64,000 nt of DNA from Ascidiella aspersa (lineage: Eukaryota): positions 34,720,001 to 34,784,000 of the forward strand of contig OZ004609.1 of NCBI GenBank assembly GCA_963924565.1. Direction: 5' to 3'. Position numbers and translations under genes: made by a program. The number at the start of each line of letters is the position of its first letter. Within the stretch, counting starts at the first letter, position 1. Below, piece after piece: positions 51,801 through 64,000 of the stretch. The notes beneath the pieces are model-generated. The model ran no database searches. It was not told where the DNA came from and saw nothing but the letters and a program-made list of their open reading frames with translations.

Positions 51801-54402
51801 GTTCCTGAAAATAAGGGACCAGTTTATATAAGGGGGCGTAGCTCAGGGTAACGCAAATATTATGCCTTTGATCCCGTAAAATTCGATTGTTGGTTTTGAA
51901 AATATTGACCTAAATCCAGCTCTTCTCTGGCCATTGTTTTGCTGCGATTCACCCGAAGAATGGCATTGTGTTACGTCACAGTGGCCATTTGTGACAGCAG
52001 CAGCAGTAGCCTTTGTGCCTACTCTTTATACTAGCAGTGTCTTTGTGACTTAAAAATACCCGATTTTCGGCTTTGTAATCGTCAATATGTGCTTTAGATG
52101 GGAGAGAGACTGGTTTCTTGGTCGGTTTACAAAGAAGCCACGCCCTTTGGCTTCTTCGTCAGCTGTTGACGGGAGTTATTGCGTCGGCGAGCTTTCTAGA
52201 AACTTCTGTCATGTCTGACCATAACATGACTCGTGTAATGGTTTTATCCAATCGATGGCGGGATCGATTAGGTAATCTGGTTATTTTAGGGAAGTTATAT
52301 ACAACACCGTGTAAGATCGGACACGAAACAGCGTTTTTATCATGTCCTTTCTTTTAACAATCATAGTGCAAACAAAAAGCTTCTTTTTAGAAACATATTT
52401 TTCAACTTACTTCTCACAAACTTTCTCAAACTATGATTTTTTTTATGATAAATTTTTTCTCAACTTTCCTTGGTGGCTTTTAACGGTTTTGGTTATTTTC
52501 TTACTATTAAATAGGGATTCCGCCTACTATTAGCCTACAATTTTTTTTAAATTACGGTACCTTACAAATTACGGTACCTTTTTTTTAAATTACGGTACCT
52601 GGAAATCGCTTTTATCTCAAACTATATCTGAAATGAAGAACTAAGTTTGATATTGAACCTGCACCGATACCGCCATAGTATCAAACGAGTATCAATACCA
52701 CCAGTTGTCGTCGGGTATCGGCTACGGAAAATGCACACGTGTGAATTTATTTGTTGCTTACTTTAGTGCCCCTATTTTGAATATCGTTTGTGTTACAAAA
52801 AAATGCCGGTTACGCTACCACAGTTCGGTAGATATGATGAGTCCGTTATGATCGACTGTTTTTATTTATGACTGGTACCTGTTCTTAGTGGTATTGTTAT
52901 GTTTACAGTTATTCCTTGACCACAATTTTTTGACTTGGACTGGGATTTAAATTGTTTTTCGTAAATGGCTTGACTTGGACTTAAATCATTTTAAAACGAC
53001 CTGTTTACGACACTGGAATTAATAAACAAAATGCTATTCCCACCGATATCCCCGTCAACCATATAAGCCGCATATTACAGTACGTTAACTTAAAATCTCC
53101 GATAAACCCAATACGCCTGTCAACATGGGGGCCAATAAATAATTATTATTACCCGTGTCAGGTTATTCAGACCCAGTCGACCGTTAACGACCTGGCCTTG
53201 CCATCGGAAACGCCCAAAGCTCACGCGAGGAACTGGGCACAGTTTCCGGCCAAATTGCCCCCAAGTTCCCGATACCCCAAGCCCCAATCTCGAACGGAAA
53301 CTAGTTTTTGACGCCGATGAGTCACTGACTGATTGATGTTTGGCGCTTTGTGTTTATAGGCGCTTGTTGATTTTATTCTTTTGTTTGTGGCGCGTGCAAC
53401 TTCAAAGAGCTCTTCCGGGAAAAAATAAAGTTGATTTTTTGGTTTCCTGTTGTGGTTGATTCAATCTTTTGTGTGTAGTTTTAATTAAACTTTGTCAAGC
53501 GATGAAATTGCAGTTATTTGCGAAATTTTATGTTTGTTTTGTAATATACAAGTGAATTTAACTACCAAGCAACAAAATAGATTTTGCTAACATTCTAAAA
53601 TTTGCGTCTATACAAGGCCTGGTCATAATATCAACTTTGTTTTTATTTCTTTAAAGTAGGCCTACCATATGTCCCCTTTCCAAATAATTTAATTATTATG
53701 CGATTTTTCGGCGTGAGACTTAAGTTAAATCAAATTTTCGGCGGCAGAATAAGTTTGATTCATTTTTCTTATCAATGTGTTCTATTTAAAAAAATTAAGG
53801 GAAACGCCAAATATACAGGATGTTAATCTATCAATTAATTTGCTCGTTTTTTGACTTTTATGTTGTTAGTTTTGCTGTAAATTAATACAAAATCGGAAAA
53901 ATTCTTTGATAGTCTAACAACTCTAATTGCCTTGTGCTTTTTGTTCTCTTTTTGGTTAACGAAAATACGGTAGGCTTTTTCAAAGTCAAAAGTATGTTGA
54001 ATAGGCAAGGGGGTGGGTGCAAAAGGAATTCCACAAAGAGGCGCGTTCAATGGAATAATAAAAGCACCACAAGGTGCGGCCCTTTTGGCTTTCAAGGCAA
54101 AAATCTCGGGGAACGCTGAGCGAAAAAAACGCCGATGGAATTCGCACGCAAAACATATTGACAGTCGTCGAAGAAAGTGGCGGTCTTAGAAGCATTGTGA
54201 GGCTGAAAAACGTGAACGTCTCCTATGCTCTGGGGGTAACCTTTGCACGCGAAAAAGGTTTCCACCAAGAATTGAAAAAAAACGCCGATGGAATTCACAC
54301 GCAAAACATATTGACAGTTGTCGAAGAAATTGGCGGCCTCGCACATTTATAACCATTGTGAGGATAAAAACGTGAACGCATTCTATTCTCGAAGGGTAAC
54401 CT

Positions 54403-54511
54403 ATCGGCAGCTCGACTCGATACGGTCCTTTCGCTGTCCTTGTGTTATTGTTTATGTTATTCTGTTATTCAATGTTTGTAAAGATCCACAAAAATAAATT
54501 GAATCTGAATC
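54403..54511 (+). mobile_element. 5'-truncated non-LTR retroelement/SINE 3' end
   Basis: Flanked by TSD TAACCT (54397-54402, 54512-54517); ends AATAAATTGAATCTGAATC; absent from the sister repeat unit; second copy at 33860-33982. Confidence 0.75.
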
Positions 54512-54670
54512 TAACCTTTGCACGTGAACAAGGTTTCCACCAAGAATTGAAAAAAAACGCCGATGGAATTCACACGCAAAACATATTGACAGTTGTCGAA
54601 GAAAGTGGCGGCCTCACCCCCTTAGTACCACTGTAAGGCTAAAAACGTGAACGTCTCCTATGCTCTGGGG

Positions 54671-55029
54671 CAGTGTTTCTTAACCTTTTAACGCTCGGAC
54701 CCTTTGAGCTTTCATGGAATTTTCTCATACCCCCCTCTACAATGGTCGGCGGAAGTAAAAATAAATGTAATAATAGAAATTAAACTCAGTGTATTTATAA
54801 ATTACATGTTGAATACGTGCATTAAATACAGTCTTGTAAGTTCAAAAATATTTACAACACACAAATAATCAGTCAATTTACTAATGACTTTTTGTTGTTG
54901 ATTTTCGTAAATTACGCATTCTTCACAAATATGCCTAAACAGCGCACAATTTCACACTGCATGTCGTACACCCTGCTTTGGTTCTTCGTACCACCAAGGG
55001 GTACACGTACCCCTGGTTAAAAAACCCTT
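54671..55029. mobile_element. hAT-type MITE inserted in a tandem-repeat unit
   Basis: Starts CAGTGTTTCTTAACC, ends GGTTAAAAAACCCTT; near-perfect 8-bp TSD CTCTGGGG/CTCTGGAG; the empty site CTCTGGGGGTAACC is visible in the sister unit at ~54228. Confidence 0.8.
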
Positions 55030-58000
55030 CTCTGGAGGTGACCTTTGCACGTGAAAAAGGTTTCCCCTAAGAATTGGAGTCGTCACGTTTTTAACCTCAC
55101 AATGGTTTTAAGGTTCCCAGCTGGCGTTTATGTGCATATTCCTTGGTTTGGCTGCTATTGTGCTAGCGCCGTAATTCGTGACAAGCTACTGCTTTCCATT
55201 AGAAGAGTTGGAATGCGCCACTCACGAAAACTATACAGTAGCTACTTTCCTGGTTATTTACCGTCTGCTGTATGACGTACATGCGCGCTAAAATAAATTG
55301 TCCGTCGCTTTTTGGCAAGGACTATGACGTCAGAGCTCAAACCGCCCATTAGATTGTCTTCCCGACTCTTTTGAATTGCAAGTCTGGCGTAAATCCTTCG
55401 GTGAGATGGCATTGTGCATAAACGGCAAATCGGCAGTTACAAAAAGACAAAATTTCCTAAATACTTTATTTTAGCAATGATTCGATTGCGTGAAAAGCTG
55501 TTGAAAGACCTATACAGCTTTAGAAATATTTATTAAAATTTTTTAGCCAGTTAATTCAATTATAGGATGACGTTTTTCTGTGCAAAGTCAAACAGGTAAT
55601 CTAAAATCCATTTTACCTCATTCAAGGTTTTACAGTTTTAAAGATTTTTTTTAGGAAAGTCAAAAATATGTTTTTTAATTAGCCCTAAACGTTTGAAAGT
55701 TGTCGTAATTTGAAAATTGTAATGATAAAAACCAACACAGTACAAAACAAAGCTCCACCCTTTTCGTTTTGACTTTATTGTTTTTCTCGACATGAAGATG
55801 TGCATTATAACAAACCTGGATAAAACAGTTTGAAGAATATTCGTCTTTACGCGTCACAATATTGGGGAAACCGCCGTAAAAAGAAAATCAAACACATACA
55901 TTGTTTCCAGTTTCCAGAATAGTGTCCAGAATATTGGTTAAGAAACGCAAATTACATCAGAACCTATATAACTGGTTCCGACTTGAAACTAAATTTGGAA
56001 TTCTATATTGTTTACAACTTGTTTGATAGACGTATTTGTCGTATATAAAAATCAAAACAAGTGGCCCTGTGGACAAATTGTATTGTACTGTTGACGAGCT
56101 TTTGCATTTTATTGGGCCTAATTCAACAGTGCCAATTTTTTTCCAAGTTTTTTTTTGTTTTTTTTTTTGAATACCACACATACGACTATCAACCAAAATT
56201 GTTTAGAAATTATAGGTAGAAAGGTAAATCAAAATCGCTCAAATTTTAGTTTATAAGCGTCAGAAGAAGTTGGAGTATTAGTTCCACTGTAATTAAAAAA
56301 AAAATATATTGTTTACAGTTTATCCTTAACAGTCCTGAAAAGATATTGGTGAAGCAATAGCAAGGTACATTACAAAAAACGTTGGCGTAAAAAACGATAC
56401 AAGTGCGATAGAAAATCTACGGTTAATTGTCGGCCCAAAATCTGGGCCGAGTCGTCGTTTAAGTGAAGGGTTCACTGTTCGTCGGTCAGCAAAAATCAAC
56501 TGTCTACCAATGTAAGCAGCGCTAACGTTGCAAAAATATCATGCAAGGGAAAAATAACGGTAGATCCAAATGATTTACAATTGTGCGACTTGCAGAAGTC
56601 GACATTGACACGCAAATTTGCTATAATACCAAATGTCTGTGAATGCCATGTTTGTATGACGATGGGTTAATTTTAACAAAACTTGTACACTATAGTTAGC
56701 TAGACGAGAGCTTAAAAGGTTTTGGAAAAATGCGGCAGACCAATATGATTTACAATGGTGCGGCCTGTAAAAGTCGATATTGACACGCAAAGTTTGCTTA
56801 ATGGTATATAATACTTTTTGAAGGCCATGTTTGTATGGTGATATGCTATTTTCTCAAAACTTGTGTACCACTTTGCGCTTACAATGTTAAAAAAATAACC
56901 GCATGTCTGCACTCCGCAACGCTAATTCCGCATTTTACCAAAGCGGAACAACCGTTCCTTCTTTTAGGCGCAACCGTTTGAAATTCGGCAACGGGTAAAA
57001 AGCGGACATGTACTGTACAGGTGTAAAACGCGGATAAAGGGCGGCGAATATTTGTACAGAAGTTTTCTAAACGTTGAAAGTAAACCAAATTGTCGCGCGC
57101 ACTTAAAACGTGCATCGCTTCGTCCGTTTCAAAGTATACAGAAGTAACTGAGGCACTTGTGTTTAAAAAACAAAACAGATTTTACAAATTCGCTTTGCAT
57201 AGTACGCTTATTTCGCGGCGTGCCCTTTTGAGAATTGGAATGGCACTGAATAATTTGGACACCATTATTGTAAACCCGCTTTGCGATTTGTAAATATTTT
57301 CTGAACGCTTTAAAAAATTGGGAAAGTTTTGTTGAAATTTTCAAAAACCAGCATGAAGCATTGAAGAAGAATTGTTTGAGATTGTATATTTAAACGTAAA
57401 GCAAATAGTATAGCTCATGTAACAGAACGTATAATTTTGCAAAGGTTTATCAAAATCTTGATTTGTTTTTAGTAGCGTGAGTGCCTAAGTTTAAAAAAAT
57501 AAATAACCAGTGTAACATTATTACAATGTTTACGCCATTTATAGCGGAAAATATTGCAAAAAAGTACTTTGAATTTCGTTAAAATAAAACGGATTAACAG
57601 ATCCAAGTCAGGTAGCAGCTATTTTAGCGCCTTGCAATGGTGGCGTACTTTCGACTACAATGAACCCCGCCGCAGTACGTCTAGTGTGTAAGTCGGTCGC
57701 TTAAAAGCGACGTCGTTAAAAAGTGGTGCGAAAATAAATACGAGAAAAAACACAGACGACAAAAATAGAACAACGATTGTGCTTTCCCATCAGTTGAATG
57801 GGGCGTCAGGTAAAATGGCTTAGTACAAACGATAAACGCTAAGAAAGAAAACTAGTAAAAAATAACTGATCTATGCAAAAAAATAGAGAATCGGAATGTG
57901 TATCGTGTTGGAGCTGTGTATATAGAACGTGAAAGCATACAAAAGTACCTCTCACTCAGTTTACCCGAAAGGATTCGTTTTCCTACGTACAAAAATATCA

Positions 58001-58074
58001 ACGCGAAACCTTTCTCCTAGTTTAAACGCGCCCTAAAGCTAGAAACAGCTTAAACCTGTCTCGGGAGTTCTCAG

Positions 58075-58355
58075 AATAAAAGATTCACATCCAGGAAAAA
58101 AATACTCAAGTGTGAATCATTCTCGAAGCAAGCAGCTGATAAAATACTGAATTGTAGAACTTCATCATAATATGCATCCAGTAAAAAAATACTCAAGTGT
58201 GAAGCATCCTTGAAGCGAGCAGCAAGCAGCTGATTGAAGACCAGATTGTAGAACTTCATCATGATATGCATCCAGTAAAAACAAATACTCAAGTGTGAAC
58301 CATCCGTGGAACAAGCAGCTGATTAAAAACCGGATTGTAAAACTTCATCATATGC
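58075..58355 (-). repeat. Tandem triplication of the FoxQ1 C-terminal codons, stop and proximal 3'UTR
   Basis: ATGATGAAGTT.TACAAT...TCAGCTGCTTG...CACACTTGAGTATTT units of ~85-95 bp. Confidence 0.8.
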
Positions 58356-59920
58356 TCCTTAATCGGATGTTGTCCATGAGAAGAAGACGACGAAGCCATG
58401 AGGCTCGCCTGGACTGCTTGTAGATGCAGAAGCTGCTGGTAAGCCATGGCGTCCACCATCTGCGGCTTGTAGCTTAGCAACGGCGGTGGCTGAGTGACGT
58501 ATATCGGCTTAGGTGATACGTCACGAAGCGGTGACGTGGGCACCCGGTTCCAGAAGTGTCCGTGATGACGTGGCATTTTGGTGATCTTGTCGTCCTTGCG
58601 CGCTAAGATGCTGTCGATGGAGAACGGAACCGGGGAGCAAGACGAAGAAGAAGAGGACTCGCCGTCGCTCCGGATGTCCTCGCTGGAGGAGGAGCGATGA
58701 GAGAGCACGGTGGGAGCCGGGGAGGTTGTCATGGGTGCCTGGCAACAGACCGAGGACAGCTTCCTTGAGATGCGCTTCCGTCGTCTGCGGAAAACTCCGT
58801 CGGCGAAAGTGTACTCGCTGTTTGGGTTGATCGTCCAGTAGTTATCCTTACCTAAAGGTTTGCAATAAACAAGTTAAATCAATGTTAAAACATTTAACTT
58901 TTTTGAGCTTGTTTTCTATTGACTTTGCTTTTTATACGTTCAGGACTGTTAGGCGCTCCGCAAAGTCTTACTCTAAACGTAATTGAAAGATTACTCGCTG
59001 TTTGGGTTAATCGACCAGTAGTTGTCCTTGCTTAAACGTTTGGAACAAACAAGCTAAAGCACACTATTTACATGCAGAAACTGAGTGTAAACTATGAAGA
59101 CTTAACGGTATGGCCGAGGTCGTGAGTTCGAACCTCGTCACCGGCTATTGGTGTTTTTCTAGCTTGCCATGCTTGCACTATAACTCTGCTCTGTAGCATG
59201 GTTAACTAGGTAGGTAGACTGAAATGCAGGTCGACCAAGATAGGTGCTCGTTATAGGTTTATAGGTGCTGAGCTAGGTTTTTTCTCAGATTGCTTTTTAT
59301 ACTTTAACGCTGATGAAGTCAGTCGGTATATGCTGCCCAAGGTCGATTAATAACTTTTTTTGCACGAGAAGAGCGATTTATTTCTATTGTTTTTATACTT
59401 TCAGGACTCTTAAGCGCTTCGCTTATCATAAACGTAATTTGCGGTCAGTTAATTTCTTTAAATTTTTCTACTATTTAAAGAACTCGTCATGCCTTAACTT
59501 AACCAAAACTTTTCACATCAAGGATTTGAATAACCTATAGGTTGATTTAATTTACCTACATTTTTAGAAATTTATTCGAATTAAGTAGGGTATAGATATG
59601 ATGCCCCTTGCTGACAATAATTGTATATGTATATAATACTTTGTAAACGACCATTCCAAAATAGTTTGTAAACCACCTTACCTAAATATAGCCCATTTAA
59701 GTCAAGCGAAACAACTTGTAACCACAACTTATTAAATCGCATTTTGACATCGGCCATGTTCACTTACCCCAAGGTCTCGAAGGGTCTCGTAGAATCTTCT
59801 GGAAGCATTCGTTGAGCGAGAGATTGTGGCGGACCGAGTTGCGCCACCCAGTGTACGATCCGCGGAAGAAGGGAAACTTCTTCATCAAGTAATCGTTGAT
59901 CTCGGCCAGCGTGAGTTTGC
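58289..59920 (-). CDS. FoxQ1: Forkhead box Q1, 3' part (exons 59920-59768 and 58851-58289; first exon not in window)
   Basis: [51 protein letters not shown]|[28 protein letters not shown] is diagnostic of the FoxQ1 forkhead domain; C-terminal eh1 motif FSIDSIL; GT-AG phase-1 junctions. Confidence 0.95.
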
Positions 59921-60459
59921 CTAAAGAAAACAATGGTTCTGAATTATTGTGCTGCTATTTCCAACGAAAAGGCAAAGTTGTTATTGCTTTAAAAAAAAAG
60001 GAACAAAACAGAAGAACTCTGTTCGTCTACTATAGAGCAACCATATATTATCTTTCAAAAGGATCTGTTCTGTTTTCCAAAAAGGAAAGCTCTTTCAAAG
60101 ACACTGAAAAAAAAATTCCGCTTTTTTGCATATTGCATTGCCTTGCTTGATGTATTTTAAGACAGTTGTGTTTTATGACCTCTTGGCATAAGGCTCAAAG
60201 GTAAAATAAACAACTCTTCATCGAAGCATGTAACATTGTGCAAACGTTAGGTCGTTGGACTAATTATATTAAACAAATACTAAACCGGAATCATTCTTTA
60301 AGATATTATTAATTTCTTTAAGATATTATTTTGGAAGCAAAAAGGTTCTTTGACTCAAGTAAAGTTCATGTTTTCTATTTGACTCTCATACTCCTATTGC
60401 CAGGAGGCTCACAGAACAAAGTAAGTAGATGACTTTGCTTAAACCAGATGTAGGCCTAA

Positions 60460-61175
60460 CCTGTTTTTTTTTATGGAACACTGGGGTTACGTATAACTAA
60501 CTTTCGTAGTTGGATTTATGCTATACCCCTTTGGCAAATAAACCATGTAATACCACAATAAACCTTTTGATATTTTATGGAAAGCTGGGGATTTGTAAAA
60601 CTAACATTGGAAATAGCTCTAAGGATGAATATCTCTCGTTTTTTAACAACAAAATAAATCATGAGTTTTTTCTTACCTGGCTTTATTCATATGCACTTTT
60701 GGTCACACAACAATGCAGTACAACAAGAACCTTACGATTTTTTACGGAAAGCTAGGGTTTTGTTCAACCAACTTTGCGAATCGCTCAAGGGATGAACCAG
60801 CCTTCTTACATGGCACGAAAAACTCACACTTAGCCTTTAAACCAACCAGTCAAGTAAACCTAAACGAGCTTCTTTTATATAAAACGAGCTTAATTTTATC
60901 TAATGCCCCTCTGTCAATTAAAACAATGTAGTACAACAAGAAACCCTACAGTGTTGCAAGGAAAGCTAAGATTTCATAGATCCAACTTAGCAAATCGCCT
61001 AATGGATGAATTTTTAACAACAATGTAAACCATGAGTTTTTTTCTTTTTTGGTTTTATTCATATGCTCTTTTGGTCAATTAAAACAATGTAGTAGCACAA
61101 GAAACCTTTAGACTTTTAAGTGGAAAGCTAAGATTTCGTAGAATCAACTTTATGAATCGCTTTAAGGATGAATCA
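60460..61175. repeat. Diverged tandem repeat of ~150-200-bp units in the FoxQ1 intron
   Basis: GGAAAGCT..G.TTT...CCAACTT...AATCGC...GGATGAA and ACAATG.AGTACAACAAGAA recur 4-5 times. Confidence 0.7.
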
Positions 61176-62614
61176 CTCTCGCTTCGTGGCAAGAAAAACT
61201 CGCAGATTGTCCAACCCAAACGTCCACTGAACACACACACAATGTTGAGCAGCATAGCTATCAGAACCTTAGCTTCCTGTCCGTACATAAACAACCGTGA
61301 TGGCCTCGCGTTCTTGTTGGCTTTGCGGGAGAAGCGAAAGAACACAGAGGCATCCGCTGACGCGCGCGTTACCGGGATTGTGACGTCACTATGTATAGGG
61401 ATGCGCGCGCAACTTTGTGTAAACGTGACAAAAGCGAATCCTAAGGACACTTAGAGTTTGGGAACAGTGTGGGATCTTGGGATATGGACACGTTTTTTAT
61501 CCTTGGATGCACGCACAACTTTTTCACGTTCAGTGCGTTCATCTTTTTTGGTCAATTGAAGGCATGTTTATGGTGGTTGGGCTGTTTTAATGGTTTGCAT
61601 GTTTGTACAGGATTTCTTTTTGAGGAGAAAAAAAGACAATTATATCAAAAATAACATACTATACACAAAAAATTCAGATTCGCGTATGTGTGTGTGTTAG
61701 TTCGTACGTGTGCGTGGGTGGGTGTTTGTTTGCTTATATGTCTGCTAGGGATCAATAGAAGTATAAGAAGATTTAAATTCTCAGGTTCCGGACCCTGCTT
61801 CAGCCAGAACCCATTTCCTCTTACAAATCGCGACTTCGAAACCTGCTTTAAATGTATACAATTTGCTTTGTGCTTTTACGACGTAACAATAGACAGTTTA
61901 CCCTTGATGAATCGTGGAAAGTGACTTGTTCTTGACAACAGTGATTAATCACTTCGGATATTTCAAACAATGCTAGGTTCCGGTATTATTATTAGTTTTA
62001 ACCGTACTGACAAAAATAGCCTTTTATTTACAGCGTCAATGCCAAATCAAGTATAACGTCAATGCCAAATCAAGTATAAAAGGACAAAAGTAACCGATTG
62101 AACATCTAAAAAAACAATAGTTTATCTTTGGAGCATTATGTTGGAGGTTGCAGTAAGACCCACTTATAAGCTTGTTTATCTATTTCCAGGGCGTCGAGTA
62201 AGCCACGGCCCTTTGGTGTCAGTTCTGAAATTGTGCAATTATACTTTTGGAAACGCTATAATTACGTAATAATTTTCGAAAACTCCATGTTTGCGTAAGC
62301 GTTTATATCCGATAAGGTCACGTAGAGCATTTGAAAGATAATTGATAAATTATATTTCAACTTTCGCCAGTATTTAAACTAACCATTCACCAGGCTTTTA
62401 TCAAAATGAATTTAATTCCATAAACTAGTGTTGCCTTAATTATTCGACATAAAAGTTTTTGGGCATGTATTTTCTAAAGGTGTAAGTCTACCCTTGTTTG
62501 TACGTCAACATGCAGCCACATAAATAATTATATTGTCCAACCAATTTGCCCATGTACTAAATATTGCTTAAAATTCAGCGATAGTGTGTAACGCATCAAA
62601 TAAATTTGTAATAA

Positions 62615-62700
62615 GATTTAGTTCTAGAATGTTCTTAATAAAGGAAAGATTTAGTTCTAGAATGTTCTTAATAAAGGAAAAATTTAGTTCTTGAATGTTC
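62615..62700. repeat. 33-bp tandem repeat x ~2.6
   Basis: AGATTTAGTTCTAGAATGTTCTTAATAAAGGAA repeated. Confidence 0.85.
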
Positions 62701-63888
62701 TCATTGAGAGATATATTTGGTTTTTGAATACTATCAATGAGTATCTTGCTCTAGGAGTTGTGGCCTACACTTTCCAGCAAAAAACGATTGTGTAACGAGC
62801 AATTTTGGGTTGCCATGCCAACGTTTGACGTTTACGAGGAGAAAATACAACAAACATTTACAATTCATGATCGATTTTTTTGTCGCCCTTCTTAGAATTC
62901 ACCGGTTTGTTTGCTTATGTCTCGCAAGCCTCCGTCAAAAAACAACCCTGAACGCAGAGCAAATAGCAATGTCAGCGCTTACATTTTTGTCCAAAAACTC
63001 GCACCGTGGCACTATGTCTTAAATGCTATTTACACTTGTGTATGTTTATAACGGCTACCGGTCTCCTTGGAATCAGATTTACTTCGAATTTTTATATTTT
63101 ATTGTAATTTGGTGCAAATGACTTTGACAATAAACTGGCTTATCAAAGTTCAAAGTGTACCCAGTTAAGCGATTTCAGCTATGAAATCTATTACGATTAA
63201 TAAACTGCCATTTTTAACATGTTTACCCTTTATTGCAGGCTGCTTATTTTTCCCTCATTAGAACAAATTAAACTTAAAGAGTAAAACGCAACCCGAGTAA
63301 AACACAAGATCCGACTTTCGTTGAAACTAAAACCGCATCTTAAGTGCTTTACAGTAACTATACAGTTCCCACATAAGATGTACGTTTTGTCCGGAATTAA
63401 AAATTAAAAACAAAAAACTAATTTTTTGGCTTCGCGTAAAGTATCGACAGTCGACGCTTTCAAAACCTTAAACATATATATTTGCGGTCTGTCGTCGAAA
63501 ACACACATATATATATAAGTAAAGTGGGCTCGGGCGCAACGTTTATTACAGCATTCCAGCGCCTGCGTAGAGTTGTTTTAAACGTCGGCGAAAAAGCCCA
63601 AATCGATCGCTGATAAAGTTTGGAGCTGCCGGGGGCGAATTAAGCCCCACTTACGCAGCCACTCGCGCTAATCCTCGCAGCGGAGCGGGCGTTCCATCAA
63701 GAACCCAGCTCTTTTGGGCGGCGAAACTGGACGACCTTCGAGGGCCGACGTCAGCCTAGGGAAGTGCACTTGTCGTCGACACTCGTTGGACGAAGAGAGA
63801 TCGCGCGATTCGATTAAAAAGACGAAACCCCGCGACGAAATTCCTTGCGTCAACAGGCAGCGGTGAGGTTGGAGCAGTTTGGGTTTGT

Positions 63889-63890
<2 letters not shown>

Positions 63891-63945
<55 letters not shown>

Positions 63946-64000
63946 CGTGTGTGTGTGTGTGTGTGCGTGTGTGTGCGTGTGTTTGTGTGGTGTGTATGTG
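63891..64000. repeat. (GT)n microsatellite
   Basis: Long GT run to the window end. Confidence 0.98.

Larger units (their letters stand above)
54115..55075. repeat. ~150-170-bp tandem repeat x 3, interrupted by two insertions
   Basis: AAAAAAAACGCCGATGGAATTC.CACGCAAAACATATTGACAGT...CTTTGCACG.GAAAAAGGTTTCC recurs at ~54123, ~54275, ~54550. Confidence 0.9.

Noticed and set aside
61079-61450. 123-aa ORF containing LIAM, considered as the missing FoxQ1 first exon
   Set aside because: Lacks KPPYSY and a suitable phase-1 donor; the rest is not forkhead-like.

Overview
AT-rich, intron-dense animal genomic DNA, most likely a tunicate (inferred from an MYH16-type sarcomeric myosin, an intron-containing FoxQ1 and abundant TGACGTCA). 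There are three protein-coding genes, all on the minus strand. (1) The 5' part of a secreted C-type-lectin-domain gene (1-2062), which runs off the left edge. (2) A complete sarcomeric class-II myosin heavy chain gene (~7.3-48.8 kb). I traced one non-coding and 43 coding exons with consistent GT-AG phases, giving ~1957 aa. (3) The last two exons of FoxQ1 (58.3-59.9 kb), whose first exon lies beyond the right edge. The main observation is that the myosin locus appears to encode more than the motor protein. Its one oversized intron (6.6 kb, at the start of the rod) holds a 308-codon ORF with its own TATA box and a phase-0 donor that joins in frame to the next rod exon. This predicts a headless ~1372-aa rod protein comparable to molluscan catchin/myorod and Drosophila Mrp. 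A second, distal last exon would add a 130-aa Ser/Thr/Pro-rich tailpiece. Introns carry hAT-type MITEs with 8-bp target-site duplications (TSDs), foldback elements, tRNA-SINE fragments, minisatellites and recurrent duplicated splice junctions. All models are read from sequence alone; none has transcript evidence here.
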